DNA of 62,925 bases, the filler included, from Elsinoe ampelina (Eukaryota): assembly GCA_010093995.1 (NCBI GenBank). It is 7 parts of 5 records of this genome, joined end to end, with 100 filler letters (N's around TTAATTAATTAA, not from the genome) between each part and the next. Parts side by side here need not be neighbours in the genome. Positions count along the whole stretch, not along the records: positions 1 to 25,857 come from ML992510.1; 6 more parts are not named here. One strand, given 5' to 3'. Within the stretch, counting starts at the first letter, position 1. Every line of letters starts with the position of its first letter. The notes under the pieces were generated by a model that saw only the letters and a program-made list of their open reading frames with translations, searched no databases and had not been told where the DNA came from. Positions 1 through 14,623 of this stretch are shown one piece after another. Both the position numbers and the translations under genes were made by a program.

Positions 1-3000
1 TAGTTAAGTTTCTTACTTAGTTATTTCGTTTTAATGTTTTTACTAAGGAGGTAAACTTTCTCTCTCTCCTATAGAATTAGTCCTATAATTCTCTTCTAGT
101 TAGTAAACTCTACTATTCTTTGTAATATAAATGCTATATTATAGTATAGCTAGTTATATAGTTTCTTAATGTTAGCTACTAGTATATTAGTATCCTTAGA
201 TATTAGCTTAATTCTAAGTATGTCGTAGTATAGATCCGGGTGTATCCTATAGTTTACATAGAATAGTAAAATTCTATTTACTAACTTTCTATTATTAATA
301 GTAAGCTCTATAAGTAGTAATAGCGTTACCTATAAGTCTTGCTTATAGTTTAGGTAGTATTATAGGTACTACTCTAGTACTTAATTTGCCTGTTTAGTTT
401 GTCTGTCCGTTTATAGGTAAAAGGAGGTTAATAGCTTATATTTAACTCCTAGTAGGTCTATAAATAATTACTAGAATTGTAACGTAAATAGCTTATCTCT
501 ATTAGTTATAAAGTCTCGTAGTACTCTATGTTATAAAACAATTATTTAGAGGAAGGTAAAGGCTATATCCTCGGTAGTTACTATTGTCTTATATAGTATA
601 AAGTAGTAATACTTCGTAAACCTATCTACTAGAACTAGGATACTATTATACTTTACACCTATAAGAGGTTCTTCTAATAGTAGTAAAGGTCCTATAAAGT
701 CTATCGTAACTAATTGCTATAGTTTATCTAGTAGTAGTAAGAGTTATAATAGACTATATAGCTTATATTATAAGTGCTTAGACTTATAGCATATATCGTA
801 GGTAGTAATATATGTCTTAATATTGTTTCGGAGTTCTTTCTAGAGGTAGTTTTATGTAATAAGTTTAATAGTCTTATTAATCCTACTATATCCCGCTATT
901 AGGTTATTATACTATATTTAAATAACTTCTTTCTTCTGTTCTTACGTAAGCTCCTAGGTAAGGCTATATAACTGCTTTACCTTCGGGTACTTATAGACTA
1001 GAGCGTTATTCTACTACTTTAGTATAGAGGCCTCTATTATTATTATATTTTTTAAGTAATCTAGCTAGCGGCTAAGAGCGTCTACTCCGCTATTCTCTAA
1101 TCCCTTAATATAGTAGATCTAGAAGTTATAGCTTATAAGTGTTTCTAACTATCGAACCTATTATCTATTAAGAACCTTAGTTATTATCTAATATAGAAGG
1201 TTCTTATAGTTAGTATAGACTTATATAGGTAAGGTTATCCCTTCTAGGTATACTCTCTATTCGTAGAATGCCTCTATAATTGTAAGTAATTCCTTATTAT
1301 ATATGTTATAGTTAAGTTTAGGTCTAGTTATTTTTCGTAAGTAGTATATAATTAGGTAGTATTATTCTTCTACGTCCTTCTATACTAGATACGCTTCTAT
1401 TACAAAGTCTAAGGTATTTGTTTCTAGTAGTACTTATTAGTCTAGGTTAAAGAGTACTAGGATAGGTACTATTATAAGTCTAAGCTTTAGCTCCTTAAAG
1501 GCCTACCTATATCTCTTATTAAAGATAAAGCTAGTTTCCTTTTTCGTAAGGTTAGATATTAGCGTAGCTACCTTAGAGAATTCTTTAATAAACTTATAGT
1601 AGTAGTTAAAGAACTCTAGTAGCGCTTAAACCTTTTTAACTGTTGTAGATTCCGGCTAGTTATTTACTAACTTAATCTTCTTTAGATTAGGTCCGATACT
1701 ATTAGTAGATATAATATAGCTTAGAAATTATATCTTATACTTATAAAACTTACACTTAGAGAGTTTTACTAGTAGGTCTTTCTCTTTTAGTTTCTATAGC
1801 ACTTTATAAATATATCTTATATGTTTATTATACATCTTTAAGAAGATAATAATATTGTCTAAATATGCTAAGACAAAGTTGTTAAAGTATTCTTATAGAG
1901 TGTTATTAATTAACTCTTAGAAGGTTATAGAAGCGTTAGTTAACCTAAAGGGCATAATAAGGTACTTATATAGACTCTATTACATTCTAAAAGCTATCTT
2001 CTACTCCTTACTCTCCTTTATTTATACTTAATAATAGGCGTCTCTAATATTAATTAGGGTAAACTATTTAGCTCTAAGTAGTTAGTCTTAAAGTTTGTCG
2101 ATCCGTAGTAAGGGATAGTAATTCTTCCTAGTAAGTGTATTAAGTTTCTAGTAATTAATGTATATTTATAACGTTCTATCCTTTTTAGGTATAAAAAGCA
2201 CTTCGTGTATAATAGGTAATTTTAATAGTCATATAAATCCTTTAAGTAAGTACTTATCGATATAGTTCTTAAGGACGTTCTTCTCTTATTTTAATAGTAG
2301 TATAAGACCTTAATAGTATATTAGGGATTTACTCTCTTTAAAGAGTATTTTATAATTCTATAGTTTATATTAGAGTAAGGCTATAATGCTTTCTCTTTCT
2401 TTAAATAAGTTCTTAAAGTCTTTATATTCTAGCGGAAGTGCTTAATTACTTACGCTAGTAATAGCTCTAACTATTAGTCGTACCTATACTATCCTTATAG
2501 TTAGTATCTATAGAGCTAATTATACTTTCTATATCCTATAATTACACTTAGGAAATTTAAGTGTTTCTTTAATCTAGTCTACGTCTAGATTATGTTATTA
2601 AAGCTAGTCTATACTAAGTACTATATTATACTATATGTTAACTATATTAATTAATTGTTTTTCCATGTGTGTTCTAATTTAGATTATAATGTTTAATAGT
2701 TCCTAAGTAACTTTCCTATTCTTCCTTATAGGGGTTCTATCCGCTATAGTAAGTAGGTAAGGTAACTCCTTCTAATGTTAATAAGGTTTAAGCTAATTAG
2801 TAATTGTTATAGAGACGTAGCTATAGTTAGCTCCCGAATCTATTATTACTCTTACCTTATTTTCTTATATCTAGACTTCTAGTATAAAGTAATTTAATAT
2901 ATAGATCTTTATTATATTAAGGCTTTAGCTAGTATTATTATCTTACCTCCTTAGGCGATAACTAGCTAGTTTTTTATTATTATAGCGCCTTAGATAAGTA

Positions 3001-4831
3001 GTTAATCTCTTCCCGTATATATCTATTATTAGTACTATATCTACTAGGTAAGTTATGTTTTATTACTGTTTAATATAGCAAGGTAAACTTCTAGCGCCTA
3101 AGTCCCTTAGTAGCTATAAAGTCTAATAATTCTCTACTAGTTATACTAAGTAGTAGTATATACCTATATAGGTATAACTATTCCTTCCGGGTGTAGCTAG
3201 GTATTTACGTTAAAGACAAACGTAAGTTAAGTAGATTTATCTTATCGTGTTCTATTCTAGTAGTAGGTGTATATTATTATATAGTTTCTCTATATCTCTA
3301 TAAGGTATGCCTTAAGTTATCTACCTAGTAGTAGTATATTATTGTTGTTATTATTAGATAAGTCTTTATCTATATTATTATATTATAGTCTTTTAGTGTA
3401 TTCTTCGTTGTATTTCTCTTCGTCGCTACTACCCCTAGTATAGTTATAGTTAGTAAGGCTACACCGAGTATATTCTTGTACTTAGCTATAGGGAATAGTA
3501 CTATCTATTTCAATTACCGAGAAGTCTATAGTATATTTAAGACTAATAGCCTTTTCTTAAAGTACATTATATAAGTAGATAGTATAGTACTATTTATAAT
3601 CTAGATTTGTATATTTCTAGAGTAATATATAATATGCCTTTCCTTATAGTACGCTATAAGAGCTAAAGGTAAGGCTACTATGTTGTTATATAGTACTTAC
3701 GTCCTAATACTTTATCTTAATAATTGTATATTAGTAATTGTTACTAACTACCTTCTAAGGTTAGTTACTATTACTACTAATTATAGAGAGCTCTTCTAGG
3801 TCGAGTTCCTAGTCTAGCTATTTCGTTAGTTACCTACGCTTAGATAGCTTATATAGGAACTAACTAGATCTTTACTTGTCTAATAAGTAAATATAATAAG
3901 AGTTATTATAATATACTATCTATAATAGTGTTACGTATTAGCTTTATTATTTACTATTAGTCGTAGAGATATTAAGTATAACATCTAGAGAGGATTCTAC
4001 TACCTCTCGAGTTATTATAGACTTCTTCTATATTTCCTTGCCTATACTAAAGGTCGTTAGGTCTTTTATAGTAGTGTCGGCCTTTTTTTCTACTAGCCCG
4101 GTAACTATTATATATAATCTATCGGCTAGCGCCTCTTATTAGTAGTCCCTAGCCTAATACTTAGGTCTTTTATACTTAAAACATAGGTTATCTTGTCTAT
4201 ACTTCTCTCTTTCTTTTCTACTAAGGAACTTTCCTCTACGGCTATAGCCTTATACCTATAAGGGGCAGCCCTCGCGTATAGTATTAAGTTCTATAGGGTC
4301 TCTATAGTTTCGGGAGGAACATATATATCTAGTGTTTGCCTTATATCCTCTATAACGTTCTATATATCGTTTATAAAGTCTATTATTAATAGCAATTATA
4401 GTGTCTACTAGTTCCTAAAGACTATCGGGCGGCTTAGGTATTATTTAGTCTTTAACCGAGTCGCTTAGCCCTTAATAGAATACTAAGTGTTTAGTACTAT
4501 CGTCCTAGTCTAGGTACATTACGAGTTATTAGAACTAAGAATAGTACTAGGCTATAGACCTACGTTGTTGTAATTGTTAAATCTTCGTCGCGGCAATATA
4601 TTTCTTGTTAGATACGTTAAAGACTTACTTAATCTTTACCTAGAAGATGCTAAAGCTCTTAAAGATAGCCTTTATATCTAGGCCTAGTTATCTATCTAAG
4701 TAGCTACTTATATAAGGCTTAAACCACCCGAAGGTAGCGCCTTTAAGGTATATCCTAGTATAGAGGACCTTTACTATGTCGTTAGTGTACTTATCTCTCT
4801 CTAGGGCGAAGAAGGCTTTAAGTTAAATAAG

Positions 4832-5410
4832 TAATAGCCTCTATCTATCCCCTAGAGCATGTTAGTATTTAGTGTAATAACTAGTAAACCATTGGCCTTG
4901 TTACTAGTCCAATTAAGAAGCTTAACACACGCCTTCGCTATATTGATATCTATTATCACTGGCTAAGACAAGAGATTAATCTATCTAGCCCTATCTTAGT
5001 GACATAGACTCCCTTAGTAGATACCTTAGCTAATGGACTAATAAAGTCACTATCTCCTAGTAGATATAAGGCCTTCTTGCAACAGCTATCCCTCGAGTTA
5101 GTAGTCTACTAACTAGCTATAATAGACTTATAGCTATTTAGTGAAGGGGTGTGTCAACCTCGGCAAGAGCTATAGTGCTAAGAAGGACTCTGATTTAGTG
5201 CACCTAAGGTTAAACTAAGCACTTATCAACGGTTATACCAATTCATGAACAATTTAGACAGTTATTGTCTTATTCTGTTAAAGCTTAGAAGTTCTGTCAA
5301 TTTAGTTATCTCTTAGGTTATCAGGTTGAGTATTTATATAGTGAGAATCTACCTAATTTTGGTGGATTAGGCAGTAATAAATCTTCTCTTTCCCTATACA
5401 TAAGTTAATA
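4832..5410 (+). mobile_element. 5'-truncated Ty1/Copia fragment (RNase H end + PPT + 3' LTR) inside gag of Gypsy A3
   Basis: Absent from the homologous position in copies A1 and A2. Reads KLNTRLR(Y/H)IDI..HWLRQE...LANGL.KSL (Copia RNase H). PPT gaaggggtg at 5143-5151. LTR 5152-5410 with termini tgtcaac...gttaata (RIPed gttgaca). Left boundary approximate. Confidence 0.8.
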
Positions 5411-5644
5411 GTCGCCTTAAGTAGGCGTAGTCCCCGTAGAAGAGTTCTACTTCTAACTTAGGCTTACTTTGTCCTTTTATACTAAAAGACCTTCTATGTT
5501 TACCCGAGGTTAAACTAGTAGTAGATATGTCGTTAATAGTAAGCTTTCCTAGCTTACTAGCGATTAAAGATCCTAATAGTAACTTAGAGCGAGAGTTACT
5601 TATTAACCTTATAGCGTGCTATACTATAGCAAGGGTAGTTAAAA

Positions 5645-6107
5645 TGTTATAAACTGTCTAAACATAGCCTACGCTAGTAGTCTAAGCTAAGCTAAGAATA
5701 AGGGAGTTCTACTTCTATAGTAGTATAGTACTAAGGTAAGAGTCGGAGAAGGTATATCTTATAGATAATAAAGTACAATTAGATAGTATTATAAAGGCTA
5801 GCCTTAGTAATACTAGTGTTCGCTATCTAGACAAGGTTAACTATAGTACTTATATAAGGTAAGGACTACTCCTATATATATATATTCTTTACTATATACT
5901 CTATATACTCTATGTGCTTCGTAGCGAGAGTTAAGAGTAATATAGAGTATACGTTCGCTAGTAACCTACGTGCTCTATAGTCCTTAGGGTAGAGCCGCTA
6001 GAGAAGATAGAGAACTAAGTAAATATCGAGCTAGGTTACGTAATAACCTTAGTAGTTTAATTAGTCCTAACATCCCTGCGCTTTAGCTATCCTACTAGTT
6101 CGTAACA
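5645..6107 (-). repeat. 5' LTR of Gypsy A3 (463 bp)
   Basis: Same length and near identity to 10941-11403 and to the reverse complement of 14624-15086 and 21182-21644. Confidence 0.93.
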
Positions 6108-9100
6108 TAGGTATATTCTATAATTTATATAAAATAGTAAGATTCTATTTGCTAATTTTCTATTATTAATAGCAAGTTCCGCGAGCGATAGTAGTATTAC
6201 CTATAAGTCTTACTTATAGTTTAGGTAGTATCGTAGGTACTATTCTAGTACTTAATTTACTTATTTAGTTTATCTATCCGTTTACGAATAAAAGGAGATT
6301 AATAGCTTATATTTAACTCCTAGTAGATCTATAAATAATTACTAGAATTATAACGTAAATAGCTTATCTCTATTAGTTATTAGGTCTTATAGTACTCTAT
6401 ATTATAAAACAATTATTTAGAGAAAGACAAAGGCTATATCCTTAGCTATTACTATTATCTTATATAGTATAAAGTAGTAATACTTCGTAAATCTATCTAC
6501 TAGAACTAGAATGTATTATACTTTATACCTATAAGAGGCTCTTCTAATAGCGGTAAGAGTCCTATAAAGTCTATCGTAACTAATTACTATAGTTTATTAG
6601 GTAGTAGTAAGAGTTATAGTAGGCTATATAGCTTATATCGTAAGTGCTTAGACTTGTAGCATATATTATATGTAGTAATATATATCTTAATATCGTTTCG
6701 AAGTTCTTTCTAGAGGTAGTTTTATATAATAAGTTTAATAGTTTTATTAATCCTGCTATGTCCTACTATTAGGTTATTATAGTATATTTAAATAACTTCT
6801 TATTTCTATTCTTACGTAAGCTCCTAGGTAAGGCTATATAACTACTCTACCTTTAGGTGCTTATAGACTAGAGCGCTATTCTACTACTTTAGTATAGAGG
6901 CCTCTATTATCGTTATATTTTTTAAGTAATCTAGTTATTAGCTAAGAGTATCTACTCTACTATTCTCTAATCCCTTAACGTAGTAGATCTAGAAGTTATA
7001 ACTTATAAGTGTTTTTAACTATTAAACTTATTATCTATAAAGAACCTTAGTTATTATCTAATATAGAAGGTTCTTATAGTCGGTATAGACTTATATAGGT
7101 AAGGTTATTCCTTCTAGGTATACTCTCTATTTGCGGAATGCCTCTATAATTATAAGTAATTCCTTATTATATATATTATAGTTAAGTTTAGGTCTAGTTA
7201 TTTTTTGTAAGTAGTATATAATTAGGTAGTATTATTCTTCTATGTCCTTCTACGCTAGACACGCTTCTATTACAAAGTCTAAGGTATCTATTTCTAGTAG
7301 TGCTTATCGTTCTAGGTTAAAGAGTGCTAGAATAGGTACTATTATAAGCCTAAGCTTTAGCTTCTTAAAGGCCTACCTATATCTCTTATTAAAGACAAAA
7401 CTAGTCTCTTTCTTTATAAGGTTAGATATTAGCGTAGCTACTTTAGAGAATCTCTTAATAAACTTATAGTAGTAGTTAAAGAATTCTAGTAGTACTTAGA
7501 CCTTCTTAACTATAGTAGGTTCTAGCTAGTCGTTTACTAACTCGATCTTCTTTAAATTAGGTCTAATACTATTAGTAGATATAATATAGCTTAGAAATTA
7601 TATCTTATACTTATAGAACTTATACTTAGAGAGTTTTACTAGTAGGTCTTTCTCTTTTAGTTTCTATAGCACTTTACAAATATGTCCTATATATTTATTA
7701 TATATCTTTAAAAAGATAATAATATTATCTAAGTATACTAAGATAAAGTTATTAAGGTATTCTTATAGAGTATTATTTATTAACTCTTAGAAGGTTATAG
7801 AAGCGTTAGTTAATCTAAAGGGTATAACGAGGTACTTATATAAACTCTATTATATTCTAAAAGCTGTTTTTTACTCCTTACTCTCCTTTATTTATACTTA
7901 ATAATAGGTATCCCTAATATTAATTATAGTAAACTATTTAGCTCTAAGTAGTTAGTCTTAAAGTTTGTTAATTCTTAGTAGGGAATAGTAATTCTTTCTA
8001 GTAAGTATATTAAGTTTCTAGTAATTAATATATATTTATAACATTCTATTCTTTTTAGGTGTAAAAAGTACTCTATATATAATAGGTAATTTTAATAGTT
8101 ATATAAATCCTTTAAGTAAGTACTTATCGATATAGTTCTTAAGAATATTCTTTTTCTATTTTAATAGTAGTATAAGACCTTAATAGTGTATTAGGGATTT
8201 ACTCTCTTTAAAAGGTATTTTATAATTCTATAGTTTATATTAGAGTAAGGCTATAATATCTTTTCTTTCTTTAAATAAGTCCTTAAAGTCTTTATATTCT
8301 AGCGGAAGTACTTAATTACTTACGCTAGTAATAGCTCTAACTATTAGTCGTACCTATACTATCCTTATAGTTAGTATCTATAGAGCTAATTATACTCTCT
8401 ATATCCTATAATTACACTTAGGAAATTCGAGTGTTTCTTTAATCTAGTCTATGTCTAGATTATGTTATTAAAGCTAGTCTATACTAAGTACTATGTTATA
8501 CTATATATTAACTATATTAATTAATTGTTTTTCCGTGTGTGTTCTAATTTAGATTATAACGTTTAATAGTTCCTAAGTAACTTTCCTATTCTTCCTTATA
8601 AAGGTTCTATCCGCTATAGTAAGTAGGTAAGGTAACTTCTTCTAATATTAAGAAGGTTTAAGCTAATTAGTAACTATAGTAGAGACGTAGCTATAGTTAG
8701 CTCCCGAATCTATTATTACTCTTACCTTATTTCCTTATATCTAGACTTCTAGTATAAAGTAATTTAATATATAGATCTTTATTATATTAAGGCTTTAGCT
8801 AGTATTATTGTCTTACCTTATTAGGTAATAACTAGCTAGTTTTTTATTATTATAGCCCCTTAGATAAGTAGCTAATCCCTTCCTATATATATCTACTATT
8901 AGTACTATATCTATTAGGCAAGTCGTGTCTCGTTATTGTTTAATATAGTAAGGTATACTTCTAGTACTTACGTTCCTTAATAACTATAAAGTCTAATAAT
9001 TCTCTACTAGTTATACTAAGTAGTGTCGTATACCTATATTAGTATAACTATTCCTTCTAGGTATAGCTAGGTATTAGTATTAAAGACAAAAGCAAGTTAT

Positions 9101-11403
9101 ATAGATTTATCTTGTTATATCCTATTCTAGTAGTAGGTATATATTATTATATAATTCCTCTATATCCCTATAAGGTATACTTTAAGTTATCTACCTAGTA
9201 GTAGTATATTATTGTTGTTGTTATTAAATAAGTTCTTATCTATGTTATTATATTATAGTTATTTAGTGTATCTTTTACTATATTTCTCTTCGTCGCTACT
9301 ACTTCTAGCATAGTTATAGTTAGTAAAGCTATACTAAGTATACTCTTATACTTAGCTATAGAGAATAGTACTACCTATCTCGATTACTAAGAAGTCTATA
9401 GTGTATTTAAGACTAATAGTATCTTCTCTAAGTACATTATATAAGTAGATAGTATAGTACTATTTATAATCTAGACTTATATATTTCTAGAGCGACATAT
9501 AATATGCCTTTTCTTATAGTTCGCTATAAAGGCTAAAAGTAAGACTACTATATTGTTATATAGTACTTACGTCCTAATACTTTGTCTTAATAATTGTATA
9601 TTAGTAATTGTCGCTAACTACCCTCTAAAGTTAGTTACTATTACTACTAATTATAGGGAGCTCTTCTAGGTTAGGTTTCTAGTCTAGCTATTTCGTTAGT
9701 TACCTATACTTAGATAGCTTATATAGGAACTAACTAGATCTCTACTTATCTAATAAGTAAATATAACAAGAGTTATTATAATATACTATCTATAATAGTA
9801 TTATATATTAGCTTTATTGTTTACTATTGGTTATAGAGATATTAAGTATAATATCTAGAGAGAATTCTCTTACCTCTTAAGTTGTTATAGACTCCTTCTA
9901 TGTTTCCTTACCTACGCTAAAGGTCGTTAGGTCTTCTATAGTAGTATTAGCCTTTTTCTCTACTAGCCTAGTAACTATTATATATAATCTATTAGCTAGT
10001 ATCCCTTATTAGTAGTCTCTAGCCTAATACCTAGGTCTTTTATACTTAAAATATAAGTTGTCTTATCTATACTTCTCTCTTTCTTTTCTACTAAGGAACT
10101 TTCCTCTATAGCTTTAGTCTTATACCTATAAGAGGCAACCTTTGTATATAGCGTTAAGTTCTATAGGGTCTCTATAGTTTCAAGAGGAATATATATATCT
10201 AGTGTTTACCTTATATCCTCTATAACGTTCTATATGTCGTTTATAAAGTCTATTATTAATAGTAATTATAGTGTCTACTAATTCCTAAAGGCTATTAGGT
10301 AGCTTAAGTATTATCTAGTCTTTAACTAAGTTACTTAGCCCTTAGTAGAACACTAAGTATTTAGCGCTATTATTCTAGTCTAGGTATATTATAAGTTATT
10401 AGAACTAGAAATAGTACTAGGCTATAGACCTACGTTGTTATAGTTATTAGATCTTCGTTGTAGCGACGCGCTTCTTATTAGATACGTTAAAGACTTGCTT
10501 AATCTTTGCCTAAAAGATATTAAAGCTCTTAAAGATAGCCTTTATATCTAGGCTTAGTAATCTATCTAGGTAGCTACTTATATAAGGCTCGAACTACCCG
10601 AAGGTAGCGCCTTTAAGGTATATCCCGGTATAGAGGACCTTTACTATATTATTAGCGTACTTATCTCCTTCTAGAGTAAAGAAGGCTTTAAGTTAAATAA
10701 GAAAGCGCCTTAAGTAAGCGTAGTTCCCGTAGAAGAGTTCTACTTCTAACTTAGGCTTGCTCTATTCTTTCTCTATACTAAGAGACCTTCTATATTTACC
10801 TAAGGTTAAACTAGTAGTAGATATATTATTAATAGTAAGCTTTCCTAGTTTACTAGCGATTAAAGATGCTAATAGTAACTTAGAGTAAGAGTTACTTATT
10901 AACCTTATAGCGTGCTATACTATAGTAAAGGTAGTTAAAATATTATAAACTATCTAAATATAGCCTACGCTAGTAGTCTAAGCTAAGCTAAGAATAAGGT
11001 AGTTTTACTTCTATAGTAGTATAGTACTAAGGTAAGAGTTAGAGAAGGTATATCTTATAGATAATAAAGTATAATTAGATAGTATTATAAAGGCTAGCCT
11101 TAGTAATACTAGTGTTTACTATCTAGATAAGGTTAACTATAGTACTTATATAAGGTAAGGACTATCCCTATATATATATATTCTTTATTATAGTCTCTAT
11201 ATACTCTATATACTCTATAGCGAGAGTCGAGGGCAATATAGAGTATACATCCGCTAGTAACCTATACGCTCTATAGTTTTAGAGGTAGAGCCGCTAGAGA
11301 AGATAGAGAACCGGGTAAATATCGAGCTAGGTTACGTAATAATCTCGGCAGCTTAATTGGTCCTAACGTCCCTACGTTCTAGCTGTCCTACTAGTTCGTA
11401 ATA
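6108..11403 (-). mobile_element. Gypsy family A, copy A2 (gag to integrase), interrupted in integrase by same-family copy A3
   Basis: 6108-10940 repeats ~237-5644 apart from the Copia insert. 5' LTR at 10941-11403 abuts Copia family C sequence. Confidence 0.92.
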
Positions 11404-11654
11404 GTCGCCTAATCTTTATAGACTATATTCTTATTAAATGTTATATAGGGTAATATAATAATCTTTCCCTTCTAGGCTTACTAAGTATAATACTAATAGA
11501 GTATCTAGATAAGGTAATTAGTTATTAAGTTATTCTATATACTAATATACTAACTAAGTAGTACTCTAGCTTAGAATTTATATAATTTAGAAATATATTA
11601 GTTATAGATATAAACTCTATAGCTAAAGCGTCTAATATAAGTTAATAAGACTAG
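11404..11654 (-). mobile_element. Copia family C internal fragment (post-integrase region), host of Gypsy A2 and Gypsy B insertions
   Basis: Matches uninterrupted Copia C sequence at ~26434-26684 and ~54999-55249; continues at 25364. Confidence 0.88.
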
Positions 11655-12255
11655 TATTAAAGCCTTATATTAAAGCTACATATGTCGTAATATAGAGAAC
11701 GCCTATCTAACCGAATAGTCCGTTAGTAGTAGAACTAATTACTATTAAGTTTAAGGCATAAGTACTACGTAAGATAAGTAGGTACGTTACGTAAGTAAGA
11801 CTAGCCGCTACTAAGTGCCGCTCTAATACTAGGCCCTTATAATTGTCTTCTCCTCTAAGAGAGCTATCCTTAGCTCTCGACTAGAAGTGTATAACGTATA
11901 GCGCCTTCTAGAGGTAATATAGGCTTAAGGTAGTTAAGGCATTTATACAAAAACCTAGTATATATCTCGTATACTATTTAGTAATAGTAATCCTAGGGAT
12001 CTAGTTCCTATAGAGGCGTTTATCTAGTTGCTATAGCGCTAAAGCTAATTAGTAGCGACAATATTACTTTTCTTAGAATTTCTAGTAGTATTATAGGAGA
12101 TATACGCCTTACGCTAGTAGCTATAACAAAGATATAGTACACTAGAGGTTAGTCTATATAACTTTATTATTCCTTCTTATATTCTTCTTTTCTACCTAAA
12201 ATATATCTATATTTTATTAACTCTTTACTATATAAGCGTACTACCTATAACTATT

Positions 12256-13051
12256 ATATTATTTAACTCTAGCTCTCCTATAGCTAATACTTATAGCGTA
12301 AGGTCTACTAGCGCCTAGGGAGCTATTACTACTAGCGCTAACTCTACGACTCTCTTACTTCCTGAAGAGAAGGCTAATACCTATACTAGGTACGCTAATA
12401 GCGTTGCCGAGGGTAAGCTAATAGTGCTCTTATAAGGGACATAACTAATTTATAGTAGGTCGTATCTATACTAGAGGTAACTTTAGTATCTTCTTCTATC
12501 GTAAGTATAAACACTACGCCTATAGTAAGTATATATATAAGCTACTTCTATCTATCCTACGTAATATATATATTAACGCCTTTAATGTAGTTACTAAGCT
12601 TAAGGCCTCTAACTAGGCTAGTATTACTATAGCTAAGAAGTATATATACGCTATAGCCTATAAGAATATTCCTAAGGTTAAGAAGTTTAAGACTATACTT
12701 AAGGTATACTATACTAATAAGAATAAGATCGTTAGCGAGGTCTCGACTCCTTATATAGGGCCCGTAGGTAGCTCGCTTAGTAGTGTTACGCTTAAGTATA
12801 AGAAGGTTAAGAAGCTATAGAAGATTAGGCGTAGCCTTTATAGCTTAATTACTATTAGTAAGGAGGTAAGTTAGACTATACTCTATATACGTTATAAACA
12901 TAGCTAATAGGTTTAGATAGTATATAACTCTAGTAGTTCTACTACTAAAATCAATTATATTATAGCTACTAGATAGCTTATAGCCCCTATAGTACTTATA
13001 GGGGAGAATCTTAGTATAGAGGTAAACGAGGAGAATAGTAAGAATAAGTAG
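12256..13051 (+). pseudogene. RIP-mutated two-intron gene antisense to Gypsy B; inferred six-Cys zinc-cluster-like protein with helical middle and acidic tail
   Basis: Introns 12413-12455 (GTAAGC..CTAAT..TAG) and 12866-12916 (GTAAGT..GCTAAT..TAG) join one frame. TAT/TAC codons spaced C-x2-C-x10-C-x12-C-x2-C-x6-C if read as RIPed TGT/TGC. Ends ~GEDLGVEADEEDGEDE* (de-RIPed). Start approximate. Confidence 0.6.
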
Positions 13052-14623
13052 GCGTATATAAGCTAGGTGTATATCTCTAGCGCTATACCTATAATAAGGC
13101 CTTACGTAGAGTATAATAGAGTATAGAGTTTAGGTTAATACCTATAATAGTAGCGTAAGTATAGTGCTTTATTAAAATGTATTTCCCTAGGTAAGGAGTC
13201 TACTCTTTGCCCTATTTATATGTTTATATAATCTGTCTACTTATATGCTCTATAATCTATATCTTTAGCAACCTTTCTTAGCTACTCTTAGCTATAACTC
13301 GTATATAGCGATTAGCTCTCTCGTATTTATATAATTCTCTTTAGGTTCCTAGCTATTAAACTTAATAGGCTAGTCCTTCTACTTTACTAAGTAGAATACC
13401 TTACTCTTTATAGTTCTCCTATCTAGGATTTTCTCTACTATCTACTTATCTACTTTATTAGTAAGAGATATACTCTCTTCTAGCTCCTTACTAGCTCTAT
13501 CTATCTATAGTTTAAGAAGAGATATATAAAAGACATTATAGATACAATACTAACTCGGTAAAGCTAGGTAATACACCTATAATCTAATTGTGTTAAGTAT
13601 ATAAAATAGGCTAAGGAATTATAGTTCTATCTTCTTCTTTAGTATAGGTAGCTATAAGTTCTTAGCCGAGAGTAGTACTAAGTTACCTATACTATATACT
13701 CTTAGTATATACTTCCTATTATAGTACTTAGCCTAGTAGGTAGAAGTCTCTTTCTATTGCTCTACTAGCTTTATATATGTATCTCGTAAGTGTTATACTA
13801 ACTCTACTACTACTAGTACTCTTCTCTCTAAAGTCTTGTCCTAAGACTTAATAGCTATTACCTCTAACTCTAGATAGTAGCTATATATTATTTAGAAGAG
13901 GCTTATACGTAGCGTAGTATAAATGCTATTATTGCTTATAAATTCTACTTATAATAGATATTCGGCCTAGTTGTTCTATAGCTCTATATAGTAGCACCTT
14001 AGGTACTATTCTAACGTCTAGTTTTGCTACTTAGTTTAACTATCTATCTATAGGTAAAAGGCTATACTAAGTCTACGCTTTATATACGTTTCGTAACAGA
14101 ATTTACTCTAGAACTAGCTAGTAAAGACCGATTCTTAATTACTTACTATCCCCCTTAGGACACTATAATAGCAAATAATATAGTTACGTAGGATCTCTAC
14201 TAGCTCTATAGACGTATACTTCTTAGTAGTAGAGACATATAGTAATATCTTAGTATAATAGTCTATAATTACTAGTACTATATTATAGACGCTACTACCT
14301 TACTTACTTAGTAGTAGGTTAGTAATAAAATCTATTATAATTTCTTACTATAGGTAGTCTAGTATTAGTAGTACACGTAGCTCGCTATAGAGGCAATAGT
14401 AGCGCGCCTTATATTTCTAGTATACTTAGTATAACTATACGTAGTTATTAATGTCTTTCCTTATAGTTATCTAGAAGTACTTCTACGAGAGAAGTTTAAG
14501 TGTCTTATTCTTACTAAAGTAACTAGCCTATTTACTATTATAGTATATACGACGCCTTAAGTGTACTATTATTCGGAATAACTAGTAATTCTTTATAGAA
14601 GAGAAGATTATCTTATATATTCT

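Larger units (their letters stand above)
1..6107 (-). mobile_element. Gypsy/Ty3 chromovirus LTR retrotransposon, family A, copy A3 (RIP-inactivated; 3' part runs off the window start)
   Basis: Reverse complement of the complete copy at 14624-21644. 463-bp LTR at 5645-6107 (tgttata...cgtaaca). RT motif FVLAYLD(N/D)III on the minus strand at ~1846-1878. Abundant TAA/TAG from RIP. Confidence 0.93.

Noticed and set aside
7242..7469. 75-aa ORF in the AT-rich block
   Set aside because: Chance antisense frame within RIPed Gypsy pol.
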